Shown here: positions 32,701-40,402 of the stretch, one piece after another
How positions within the stretch are numbered: position 1 is the first letter of the stretch
Layout of the letters: each line of letters begins with the position of its first letter
Origin: Myxococcota bacterium
GTDB taxonomy: Bacteria; Myxococcota_A; SURF-8; G963663525
Reading direction: 5' to 3'
Length of the DNA stretch: 64,000 nucleotides
Assembly: GCA_963676915.2 (NCBI GenBank)
Contig: CAXXVK010000060.1
Location: 1-64,000 of the forward strand
Program-made: the position numbers and the translations under genes
The notes under the pieces: model-generated
Seen by the model: only the letters and a program-made list of their open reading frames with translations
Databases searched by the model: none
What the model was told of the DNA's origin: nothing

Positions 32701-34084
32701 GCTGCGTCTTCTGGAGGACAAAGACAGGCTTCCGGCAATCGTCTACGCGCCAACGCGCAAAAAAACCGAAGAGTTGTGCGATATACTGCAAAGTCGTTTC
32801 AAAATCGCCGCGTACCACGCCGGTCTTCCCGCCCGAACGCGCAACGACGTTCAGACAAAGTTTCTGGACGGAACGCTCGATGTCGTGGTGGCTACCGTCG
32901 CTTTCGGCATGGGCATCGATAAAGCGAACGTCCGCACCGTGGTGCATGTGGCGCTTCCGGCTTCCGTCGAGGGATATTACCAGGAGATCGGCCGAGCCGG
33001 ACGTGACGGCAAACCTTCCCGCGCCGTGCTGTATTATTCTTACGCCGACCTTCGTATCCACCAGTTTTTGCACGAAAAAAGCTATCCCCCGACCGAAGCG
33101 CTGAGCTCAGTTTTCTCGCGATTACCCAACCAACACGCGCTTCCCAAAGACGAGTTGAAAGAGCGTCTTTTCATGGACGACGACACGTTTCAGACGGCGC
33201 TCGAAAAACTGTGGATTCACGGTGGCGCATGGATCGACCCGGACGAGAACGTCCGCCGGGGCGAGAGTCGTTGGAAAACAACCTACACCGAACAGGCCGA
33301 GTATCGCAGACGACAGTTGGAAATGATGGCTCAGTTTGCCGAGTTACCCCGCTGCCGGATGCTTCAGTTGATCCGCCACTTCGGGGATCGCGGCGACGAT
33401 CAGCGCCCCTGCGGTCTTTGCGATTTCTGCGCTCCCGAGAGCGCTTTGGCCGACACTCGGCGTCCTCCCACAGGCGAGGAAAGACGAATTGTCTCCTGCA
33501 TCATCGAGACGCTGGAAGAGCGCGATAACCTCAGCACCGGCAATCTCTTCAAACGCGCCTGCGAAGGATTGCGCACCGAACGTCGCGAATTCGAACGACT
33601 TTTGACGGCGATGGCGAGAGCAGACCTTGTGGATATCCGAGAAGATTCGTTTTCGAAAAACGGTCGAGAGATCCGCTTCAGACGGGCTTGTCTGACCATG
33701 GAAGGACGATCCTGGAACGCCTCGAAAGTCTCGACGCTGCTGGTAACGGCTCCTTCCTCAAGCGGTTCGAAAACCCGAAAAAAAGCCAAAACAAGCCGTT
33801 CGCGAACGAAAACCCACCGCAAAATTTCGACGGTTCCGGTAGCCGATGCACCACAGGGCTTGGTGGATCTTCTCAAGCAATGGCGCCTGTCTCAAGCTCG
33901 AAAACGGCGCGTTCCCGCTTTCCATATTCTCAACGACCGCACGCTGGAAGCCATCGCGGCCAGCCGTGCCATTCACGAGGACGACCTGTTGGCCGTCAAA
34001 GGCGTGGGACCGACGATCATGAAGAAGTACGGCGACCAGATATTGGAAATCATTCGAGAATTTTCGGATTCGTCAAAGCGATAA
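29774..34084 (+). CDS. topB: DNA topoisomerase III (type IA) - RecQ helicase fusion with Zn-binding, WH and HRDC domains
   Basis: N-half: AEKPS, ATDAGREGE, GRVQTPTL, ISYPRTDS (catalytic Tyr337), HHAIIPT, GLGTPATRA. Pro-rich linker. C-half: MPTGAGKSLCYQ, DEAHCISHWGHDFRPDY, LTATA, YHAG, AFGMGIDK, YQEIGRAGRDG, CR..CGLCDFC, HRDC (WR...ARKRRVPAF..L.DRTL..VKGVG..KYG). Confidence 0.93.
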   Translation: MTIAIVAEKPSVARDIAKVLGATIPGNGFVHGNGYIVTWAIGHLVALAEPAEIQASWKRWRRDQLPMLPTNWPLKTLKGTTKQFRAVKKILVSSAVDEVICATDAGREGELIFRYIYEHSGCRAPIRRLWISSLTAEAIRNGFKHLQDGTNYEPLYDAARARSRADWLVGMNLSRAYGLTHGKGLSVGRVQTPTLAMIVEREREIRNFVPETYLEIEAEFAPSETVAPNEEPGTYKGTWFDGPTAESLKKLLNFSQELQKAKRLPSDGERAKRIVRRVQKQAANIEVAQSKPRTYPAPLLYDLSELQRHANRLYGFTAKKTLQVAQELYERKKLISYPRTDSRHLSRDIADTLPRVVEKISAPYRDFLPENVGRKPLGKRFVNDAKVSDHHAIIPTAVDPSRKKLTTDQEKIYDLICRRLLMAWMDDHRTRLTTVITRVDSENGTKTDRFHSNGTAIEQVGWKALDIQTKKSANAQDAELPAGLKQGLKRLCQNAKSLKKQTKPPKRLTDATLLSAMESAGKVLDDKEISAAMSERGLGTPATRAAIIETLLKRQFVRRKGKAFEATSKGERLIDVVHPQVKSPQMTGEWEWKLKRIERKEGQFDAFMQDIESYVREVVENVFGDSSTPPDDSEPSLPNLPPPSPTQTKSTPKTMSRAKPKAAQPPETSDLFGTSSHPEEPAWLHDAPPPEWEEIPPPEWENVPSAASEKVPRATEKNQPQRSNETVVAPSLPGFEPQVLEAKNISHDRALHKEASGREPSEILQQLFGHKTFRPHQETVCREVIAGRDVLLVMPTGAGKSLCYQLPGVARGGVTLVVSPLISLMEDQAAKLNEQGFVAERIHSGRSRPQSRQACKDYLSGTLDFLFIAPERLRVPGFPEMLARRKPALVAIDEAHCISHWGHDFRPDYRLLGERLPVLRPTPIIALTATATRIVQEDIVRLLGLEHPLEAIHGFRRTNIAIEVVELPPAERPDAVLRLLEDKDRLPAIVYAPTRKKTEELCDILQSRFKIAAYHAGLPARTRNDVQTKFLDGTLDVVVATVAFGMGIDKANVRTVVHVALPASVEGYYQEIGRAGRDGKPSRAVLYYSYADLRIHQFLHEKSYPPTEALSSVFSRLPNQHALPKDELKERLFMDDDTFQTALEKLWIHGGAWIDPDENVRRGESRWKTTYTEQAEYRRRQLEMMAQFAELPRCRMLQLIRHFGDRGDDQRPCGLCDFCAPESALADTRRPPTGEERRIVSCIIETLEERDNLSTGNLFKRACEGLRTERREFERLLTAMARADLVDIREDSFSKNGREIRFRRACLTMEGRSWNASKVSTLLVTAPSSSGSKTRKKAKTSRSRTKTHRKISTVPVADAPQGLVDLLKQWRLSQARKRRVPAFHILNDRTLEAIAASRAIHEDDLLAVKGVGPTIMKKYGDQILEIIREFSDSSKR

Positions 34085-34334
34085 TCCCATGGGAAAGCTT
34101 CGCTTCGCCCATGCGTCCCACCTGCAAGGCAACAGAGGATTTTGACTCGTTTTTCTTGGAAATCCAAGAGGAGCTTTTCTCCACGGATTTGTAATGTTGC
34201 CCTTCCCGATTTTTACCAAATGTAAAAATTAGTATTGCAATATCTTTTAGTATAGTGTTTATAGTCGTTGGTCACGTTCATGACAAAATTTCTGTAAGGA
34301 TTCATTACAACTCAAAAGGGGAGAGGAAGCGAAA

Positions 34335-35834
34335 ATGAAACAGGTTTTGCACGTGTGGTTCGTTTTGTTGCTGTTCGGCTGTCTTGTGATGGGATGTGGA
34401 AGCGATGATAGCGATGACAACGGAAACCAGGACGGAGATTTGTCCGAAACCGAGGGCACCGATGACGATACGGGAGAGTCGGTAGACGGCGATATCGATG
34501 CTGTCGAAGAAGACCTTTTGGAAGACGACACAACCGAAACCACGGAAAATGAAGAGGAAACGGTTCCTGGATTGGGATTTGGAGAACTCTGCACATTAAC
34601 CATGGACGGTGCGGGTTTGTTCAACGCTGAAGCCGGGGATTGTGCTGAAGGCCTGACCTGCCTGGGGTCCGCATACGATCTAAGTTGCACGAGCGATGAA
34701 GACTGCGCGGTGGCACGTAGCTACGCGACTTGTTCCGACGAAGGGGTTTGCGGCGGTGTCTATTGCTCCATGAATTGCGATCAGTATGCAGATTGTGAGG
34801 GACTTACGGAGGAATCCTGCTGCAAAGACTGGGGCGAAGGACGCTGGTGCGTGAAAACCGAAGCCTGCACACCGGTCGGCGAATCAGGCGTCGGCGAGGC
34901 TTGTCCCTACGTGTTAAGTGACACTCAGATCCTCAACGAGGACAAAAGCACCTGCAAAAAAGACCTGTTTTGTGTCGGTAGCTGGTCCGATCTGGCATGC
35001 ACCACCGATCAGGAATGCATCGACCATTTCGGTGCGGATCATGCCCTTTGTCTCTCGGGTACCTGCGCTTTTTCGCGTTGCCTGAGCTGGTGCGACGACA
35101 ACAATCCCGCGAATTGTACGGCGGATGGGTACGAGAACGGTGCCTGCTGTGTCGAGGTCGATAACGTTCCGTTTTGTTTCCTCTCCGAGGACAACAATTG
35201 CGCGATCGAATACGACATGATTATCCGGGTTCAGGATCTGTATACCGGGCAGAATATCGAGGGTGTAACGGTGACGATTCTCGATATGGATACGGGACAG
35301 GCGATTCAGGGAATCGAACCGGTGGTTACGGACGAAGACGGTGTAGCCGGGTTCCTTTTCGGAGACGTGGAATTGTCTTCGATGGTTGCCGTCAAACAGG
35401 AAAAAGCGGATTCGTACAAAACCACGTATACACAAGATCTGGTTCCCGGGTTGGATTTCACCGTGTATAGCGTCAGCAATACATTCTATTCGCAACTGGC
35501 CACGGGACTTCAGCACCAAAACGGCAAAGGCATTTTGCTGGCCGACATCCAGGATATGGATACCCAATCCGTCGGTTGTCTCCAGGCGAGCACGGAATCA
35601 AACAACGGTCAGATTTATTACTTCGATGCCTCGATGAACGTCGCCGTAGGTCGGCAACAGACGGATCCCGATGCGGGAAGTTTCGGCATCGTCAATCTGG
35701 ACCCTGGAGAAGAAACCATCATCATTTCCGACGGTACCGACGACCTCACCGGTGGTCCGGTCTGGCTATACGCCGACAGTGTGAGCATCGTTCGATACTA
35801 TGTCTACGATTCTACGGCTGCCGGCTGTCAGTAA
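34335..35834 (+). CDS. Cys-rich lipoprotein with acidic DGD linker and C-terminal beta-sandwich (carboxypeptidase-regulatory-like) domain
   Basis: Lipobox LVMGC, Asp/Glu-rich linker, two similar Cys-rich units (LxCxGS..DL.CTxDxxC), then VQDLYTGQNIEGVTV..TDEDG. Confidence 0.75.
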   Translation: MKQVLHVWFVLLLFGCLVMGCGSDDSDDNGNQDGDLSETEGTDDDTGESVDGDIDAVEEDLLEDDTTETTENEEETVPGLGFGELCTLTMDGAGLFNAEAGDCAEGLTCLGSAYDLSCTSDEDCAVARSYATCSDEGVCGGVYCSMNCDQYADCEGLTEESCCKDWGEGRWCVKTEACTPVGESGVGEACPYVLSDTQILNEDKSTCKKDLFCVGSWSDLACTTDQECIDHFGADHALCLSGTCAFSRCLSWCDDNNPANCTADGYENGACCVEVDNVPFCFLSEDNNCAIEYDMIIRVQDLYTGQNIEGVTVTILDMDTGQAIQGIEPVVTDEDGVAGFLFGDVELSSMVAVKQEKADSYKTTYTQDLVPGLDFTVYSVSNTFYSQLATGLQHQNGKGILLADIQDMDTQSVGCLQASTESNNGQIYYFDASMNVAVGRQQTDPDAGSFGIVNLDPGEETIIISDGTDDLTGGPVWLYADSVSIVRYYVYDSTAAGCQ

Positions 35835-35860
35835 ATTCGTCGGACCTTTATTGTGGACCC

Positions 35861-35907
35861 AACGGGGAAGGGCGGTTTAATCGTTCTTCCCCGTTTTTTG
35901 TTTTTTT
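35861..35907 (+). terminator. Rho-independent terminator
   Basis: AACGGGGAAGGGCG-GTTTAAT-CGTTCTTCCCCGTT followed by a long T-tract. Confidence 0.85.
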
Positions 35908-35971
35908 CGACTCGGATTCTTTTTTGGGTTATTATTTATGACAAGAAAAAACCCAGTAAATACAATCCACT

Positions 35972-36049
35972 GGGTGGCATGAGCAAACCGCAGGTTGCCC
36001 ATGAACATCATCCGTGCAAACGTTTCACGTCGCTTGGCCCGTGACACCC
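35972..36049. repeat. REP doublet, GGGTGGCA-type
   Basis: GGGTGGCATGAGCAA-loop-TTGCCCATG ... inverted partner ending GCCCGTGACACCC; lies between convergent genes, with TAGAGCTT at the pgeF stop. Confidence 0.6.
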
Positions 36050-36089
36050 TTCGTTTCGATCCTCTATCGCTACACAAAGGTTAAAAGCT

Positions 36090-36875
36090 CTAACGAATCC
36101 CGATGAAATGCAGCAGCCTACCGGTTTTTTCGCGGTCGCGCCGCCAGGAATAGTATCGAGGCGATTGCCGACAGATCGTGCAATGCCCGATCCGTTGGAC
36201 GTTCTCCGCCTTCATACCCTGCCCTTCCACCTGGATTTCCACTGCCCGCACCAGATCGAGATGCATGCGTGAACCGACCTTGCGCACCGCTTCACTACCG
36301 AAACGCTTTTCGAAATCCCCGGCCAATTCGTCGGAGACTTCGTAACAACAGGCATCGGCACCCGGACCGATCACCAACTGCAACGTCCCGGAATCACAAC
36401 CGAACGTGTCCTGCAACTCTCGGATAGCCTGGAGCGCGATTCCCTCGTATACGCCACGCCACCCGGCATGAACAGCCGCCACGGCGGGACGCTCGGGAGC
36501 ATAGAACAAAAGCGGGAGACAATCGGCGGTTTTCACACCCACAAGCAAGTCCGAACGGTCGGTGACAATACCGTCGCAGGTTACTTCGTCGGGCTTAGGT
36601 AAAACGTCCATATCTTTTCGGAGAACCAATAGATCGGTGGAATGCGTCTGCTTGACCGTCATCAGGCGATGGAATCCATCACCGGCCCGTTTCAAGGCTT
36701 CTCGGGCTGCACAATGTACGGTTTCCCGCTTGGCCTGCTCGCGGTTATCCTCGTTTTCGGTATCCAAACCCTCGTATCCACAGAAATCCGTTCCGAAACC
36801 ATGCACAATACAGGCTTCGTTTCTCCAACCGGGGAACGTGACAAAAGCATTCATCCGTCTGTCATCGTGGGTCAA
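36090..36875 (-). CDS. pgeF: PgeF/YfiH-family purine nucleoside phosphorylase (peptidoglycan editing factor)
   Basis: HGF, QTHS, DGIVT, KTADCLPLL, AVHAGWRG, IGPG..CCYEV, CTIC, YYSWRR. Confidence 0.92.
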   Translation of the reverse strand: MTHDDRRMNAFVTFPGWRNEACIVHGFGTDFCGYEGLDTENEDNREQAKRETVHCAAREALKRAGDGFHRLMTVKQTHSTDLLVLRKDMDVLPKPDEVTCDGIVTDRSDLLVGVKTADCLPLLFYAPERPAVAAVHAGWRGVYEGIALQAIRELQDTFGCDSGTLQLVIGPGADACCYEVSDELAGDFEKRFGSEAVRKVGSRMHLDLVRAVEIQVEGQGMKAENVQRIGHCTICRQSPRYYSWRRDREKTGRLLHFIGIR

Positions 36876-36906
36876 AACGTTTCATCTCCTGAAAACATGC
36901 ACGAAT

Positions 36907-37055
36907 TAGAGCCTGATCTGCAAAAATCAAGTGTGCCATAACCTTACGCGTGAAGCGCGGAAGACTTTGTGCTTTCAATAGCTTGCACAGCCTCCCGAAC
37001 CTGAAGGTTCGTGAGACTATGGCACACGGTGTTTCTTTTCCGTGAGTTTTGCAAG
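36907..37055. repeat. GTGCCA-type REP doublet with outer imperfect inverted ends
   Basis: Core GTGTGCCATA..(36931) to ..TATGGCACAC (37027) with two inner hairpins and spacer TTTCAATAGCTTGCAC; flanked by TAGAGCCTGATCTGCAAAA and TTTTGCAAG. Confidence 0.65.
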
Positions 37056-37076
37056 TTCTTCTCTTATCAAATACGA

Positions 37077-37103
37077 AAAAAGCGCACCCTTAAGGATGCG
37101 CTT
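37077..37103 (-). terminator. Terminator of the nuo operon
   Basis: AAGCGCACCC-TTAA-GGATGCGCTT hairpin with a T-run on the minus strand just past the nuoN stop. Confidence 0.7.
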
Positions 37104-37126
37104 GAGTTGTTGCCTTTAAATTTTCG

Positions 37127-38659
37127 TTAGGGCAAGAGGCTTAACGCGGCAGCCTGCGCCGATTGCAAGTAGGACATGGGCAGCACGCCGATAGCCAGAG
37201 TCAATCCGGCGGAAACCAGCACCGCCACCACGACCGGTACCGAAGCCAGTACCTTCGGTTCGTTCTCTTCGGCGGGCACCATGAACATGTAGACCGTCAC
37301 CCGCAGGTAGTAGTAAACCGACAACAGCGAGTTGAACACCGCGATAATCACGATAGCAACAAAACCCTGGTCCAGCACGGCTCGGAACAGGTAGAATTTC
37401 CCAACGAAACCGGCTGTCGGCGGCACACCGGCCAATGAAAGCATGAACAGAGTCATGGCCGCGCCAAGCAGCGGATAACGAAGACCAAAGCCTTGCCATC
37501 CCTTGGATACGAGCAGGTTTTCGTTGTCTTTTCGTCCCACCAGCACGATCACGGCGAAAGCGCCGAGGTTCATCACCATATAGGCTAACAGGTAAAGCAG
37601 GATCGCAGAGGTTCCGGTAGCGCTGGCATCGTTACCCATCGCCAACAGACCAAGCAGCAGATATCCGGCATGAGCGATGGAGGAATACGCCAGCATCCGC
37701 TTGATGTTATCCTGGACGAGCGCCAGGATGTTGCCGGTCGTCATGGTCAACACGGCGAGAATCCAGATCAGATTCGCCCAACCGACCGAACCGTCTTTGA
37801 GCGGGAAAAAGGCCATGAAGAAAACCCGAACGAAGACCGCGAAAGCCGCCGCCTTAACCGCCGTCGCCATAAATCCGGTCACGACGGTAGGAGCGCCTTC
37901 GTAAGCGTCCGGCGTCCATTGATGGAAAGGAACCAACGAAACTTTGAAAGCGAAACCGGCCAGCAGCATCACCATACCCAGCATCAGGTACAGGTTGGAA
38001 GAACCGTTTCTTGTGGCGAACTCACCGATTTCGGCAAGATCCAGAGTTCCTGTCGCACCGTAAATGTAGGCCATGCCGAACAGCAAAAAGCCGGTCGAAA
38101 ACGCACCCATCAGGAAGTATTTCAGCGCGGCTTCGACACTGGCGATTTTGTGGCGCTGGTAAGCGGCGAGCACGTAAATGGCCACCGACATCACTTCCAG
38201 ACCCACGAAGAACACCAGCAGATCCACAGCCCCGGCCATCAGCATCATACCAAAAAGGGCCATCAGCATCATCGAGTAGAATTCCCCACGATGCAGGCCG
38301 TGTTCTTCGAAATAACCGATCGCGCTCAGCGTGGTGATCGCCGCACCGAGCAGCAGGATCATGTCGAAGAAAACGGTAAATTTATCAACACGATAGGTGC
38401 CGAAGAAGATCGCGGCGACTTTCCCGCCACTCTCCGTGATGGATTCGAGCGCACCCCACTGAATGAAGCAGGCGAAGAAGGTCACGGCGAGACCGACGAG
38501 GGTCATGTATCCCACCCATGCTTTTTTGGCATCGGGACGGGCGAATACATCGGCCAGCAACACCGCCAGCGAAAACAGCGCAACCAGCGCCAACGGAACC
38601 AGTTGACCCACTTCCTGGAAATCGATCGTTGCGGGGAACATCCGCATCAATTCAGACAT
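37127..38659 (-). CDS. nuoN: NADH-quinone oxidoreductase subunit N
   Basis: GLEVMS, EAALKYF, AFKVSLVPFHQWTPDAYEGAP, KRMLAYSSIAHAGY, SLAGVPPTAGFVGK. Confidence 0.96.
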   Translation of the reverse strand: MSELMRMFPATIDFQEVGQLVPLALVALFSLAVLLADVFARPDAKKAWVGYMTLVGLAVTFFACFIQWGALESITESGGKVAAIFFGTYRVDKFTVFFDMILLLGAAITTLSAIGYFEEHGLHRGEFYSMMLMALFGMMLMAGAVDLLVFFVGLEVMSVAIYVLAAYQRHKIASVEAALKYFLMGAFSTGFLLFGMAYIYGATGTLDLAEIGEFATRNGSSNLYLMLGMVMLLAGFAFKVSLVPFHQWTPDAYEGAPTVVTGFMATAVKAAAFAVFVRVFFMAFFPLKDGSVGWANLIWILAVLTMTTGNILALVQDNIKRMLAYSSIAHAGYLLLGLLAMGNDASATGTSAILLYLLAYMVMNLGAFAVIVLVGRKDNENLLVSKGWQGFGLRYPLLGAAMTLFMLSLAGVPPTAGFVGKFYLFRAVLDQGFVAIVIIAVFNSLLSVYYYLRVTVYMFMVPAEENEPKVLASVPVVVAVLVSAGLTLAIGVLPMSYLQSAQAAALSLLP

Positions 38660-38662
38660 CGT

Positions 38663-40348
38663 TTATTCTCCTCGCGGTGCGAAGTCGGCAGCCTTTGGCG
38701 CAGCCTTTCGGGAATCGAGTTGAATTCTTTTATCTCTTCGGGCACTTGGCGCGAAACGGCCCACCATCGGTTTTCTCAACACTTTTCTGGTCGAGGATTT
38801 CACGGCAGCGGTCGCCGTGTCCGGTATCTCGCCATCCACCTGGGCCTGTATCGCGTAATTGGCCGTCAGCTTATCGACGCTGGCTTCCATTTTGTCGAGA
38901 AACAGGTTGGGGAAAATTCCCATCACGAACATCAGAATGACCAACGGCATCAGCACGACCACTTCACGCAGCGTCAAGTCCTTGAGATTCTTGTTCTTTT
39001 CGTTGGACACCGGCCCGAACATCACCCGCTGGAACATCCAGAGCAGGTAACAGGCGGCGAATAACACACCCAGCGCCGAAATCGAGGTCAGCACCCAACC
39101 GATGCTCGAACCACCCACCACGATCCGTTCGGAAGTGAAGGCACCCAGCATGATCATGAACTCGCCGACGAAGCCGTTGAGGCCGGGAAGTCCCACCGAC
39201 GAAAGCATGGAAATCATGAAAATCGCAGCGTAAAACGGCATGATCTTGGTCAAGCCGCCGAACTCGGAAATCAAGCGGGTGTGGCGACGTTCGTAAATCA
39301 CACCGACCAAGAGGAAGAGTGCACCGGTCGAAACACCGTGGTTGAGCATCTGGTAAATCGCGCCTTTGACACCGGTGATATTCATCGCAGCGATACCGAG
39401 CATCACGAAGCCCAAGTGGCTCACCGAAGAGTAGGCCACGAGCCGTTTGACATCCTTCTGCACCATCGCCACCAACGCACCGTAGAGAATGCCCACCATC
39501 GCCAGGACGGCAATCACAGGCATCAGCGTAAAGGCGGCCTGTGGGAACAGCGGAATGGCGAAGCGCAAGAAACCGTACGTACCCATTTTCAAAAGCACAC
39601 CCGCCAGAATTACCGAACCGCCGGTGGGGGCTTCGGTATGGGCATCGGGCAACCAGGTATGGAAGGGGAACATCGGAACTTTGATGGCGAAAGCCAGCGC
39701 GAAAGCGGCGAACATCCAAAGCTGCGTCGAGGACGCAATGCCGAGGTTGAAGAGGTCCGGCAGGTAGGACGTGCCACCTTGCAGGTAAACCCAGATCAAA
39801 GCCACCAACATCAGCAGGGAGCCGAACATGGTGAACAGGAAGAATTTGATCGTGGCGTAGATCCGTTTCTCACCGCCCCAGACACCGATCAGGAAGTACA
39901 TCGGGATCAGCATCATTTCCCAGAACACGTAGAACAGGAAAAGGTCCATCGCGACCAGTGCGCCCAGCATGGCCGTTTCGAGAAACAGCATCGAGAACAT
40001 GTAGCCCTTGACGTATTTCTCGACAGCACCGAAAGCACTCAGGATGACGAGCGGGGTCAGGAAAGTGGTCAGAATCACGAGCCAGAGGGAAATTCCGTCG
40101 ATTCCCACGGCATACGAGATATTAAGCGCCGCAATCCATTGAAATTTCTCGGCAAATTGGAAGTCGGGGTTCGCATCGTTGAAACCGACGAGCAGAATCA
40201 GCGACAGGAAGAACACCAGCAGCGACCAGCCGAAGGCAAACCATTTGAGAATGCCTTTTTCCTCGCCAGGTATCAGCGAAACGAGAATCGCACCGACCAA
40301 CGGCAGCCATGTAAGGACCGAGATCAGGTAAACATCTTGAAAAGCCAT
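38663..40348 (-). CDS. nuoM: NADH-quinone oxidoreductase subunit M
   Basis: GIDGISL, FYVFWE, KVPMFPFHTWLPDAHTEAPTGGS, LAGVLLKMG, AYSSVSHLG, GLPGLNGFVGE. Confidence 0.96.
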   Translation of the reverse strand: MAFQDVYLISVLTWLPLVGAILVSLIPGEEKGILKWFAFGWSLLVFFLSLILLVGFNDANPDFQFAEKFQWIAALNISYAVGIDGISLWLVILTTFLTPLVILSAFGAVEKYVKGYMFSMLFLETAMLGALVAMDLFLFYVFWEMMLIPMYFLIGVWGGEKRIYATIKFFLFTMFGSLLMLVALIWVYLQGGTSYLPDLFNLGIASSTQLWMFAAFALAFAIKVPMFPFHTWLPDAHTEAPTGGSVILAGVLLKMGTYGFLRFAIPLFPQAAFTLMPVIAVLAMVGILYGALVAMVQKDVKRLVAYSSVSHLGFVMLGIAAMNITGVKGAIYQMLNHGVSTGALFLLVGVIYERRHTRLISEFGGLTKIMPFYAAIFMISMLSSVGLPGLNGFVGEFMIMLGAFTSERIVVGGSSIGWVLTSISALGVLFAACYLLWMFQRVMFGPVSNEKNKNLKDLTLREVVVLMPLVILMFVMGIFPNLFLDKMEASVDKLTANYAIQAQVDGEIPDTATAAVKSSTRKVLRKPMVGRFAPSARRDKRIQLDSRKAAPKAADFAPRGE

Positions 40349-40402
40349 GCTTTTACCCTTTGCAAATTCAACCGGTCACAACCGGCAAGATCACGCAAAC
40401 GA

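Noticed and set aside
29774-34084. Reverse gyrase
   Set aside because: Domain order is topo then helicase, the helicase is RecQ-type with HRDC, and there is no N-terminal Zn finger or other sign of reverse gyrase.
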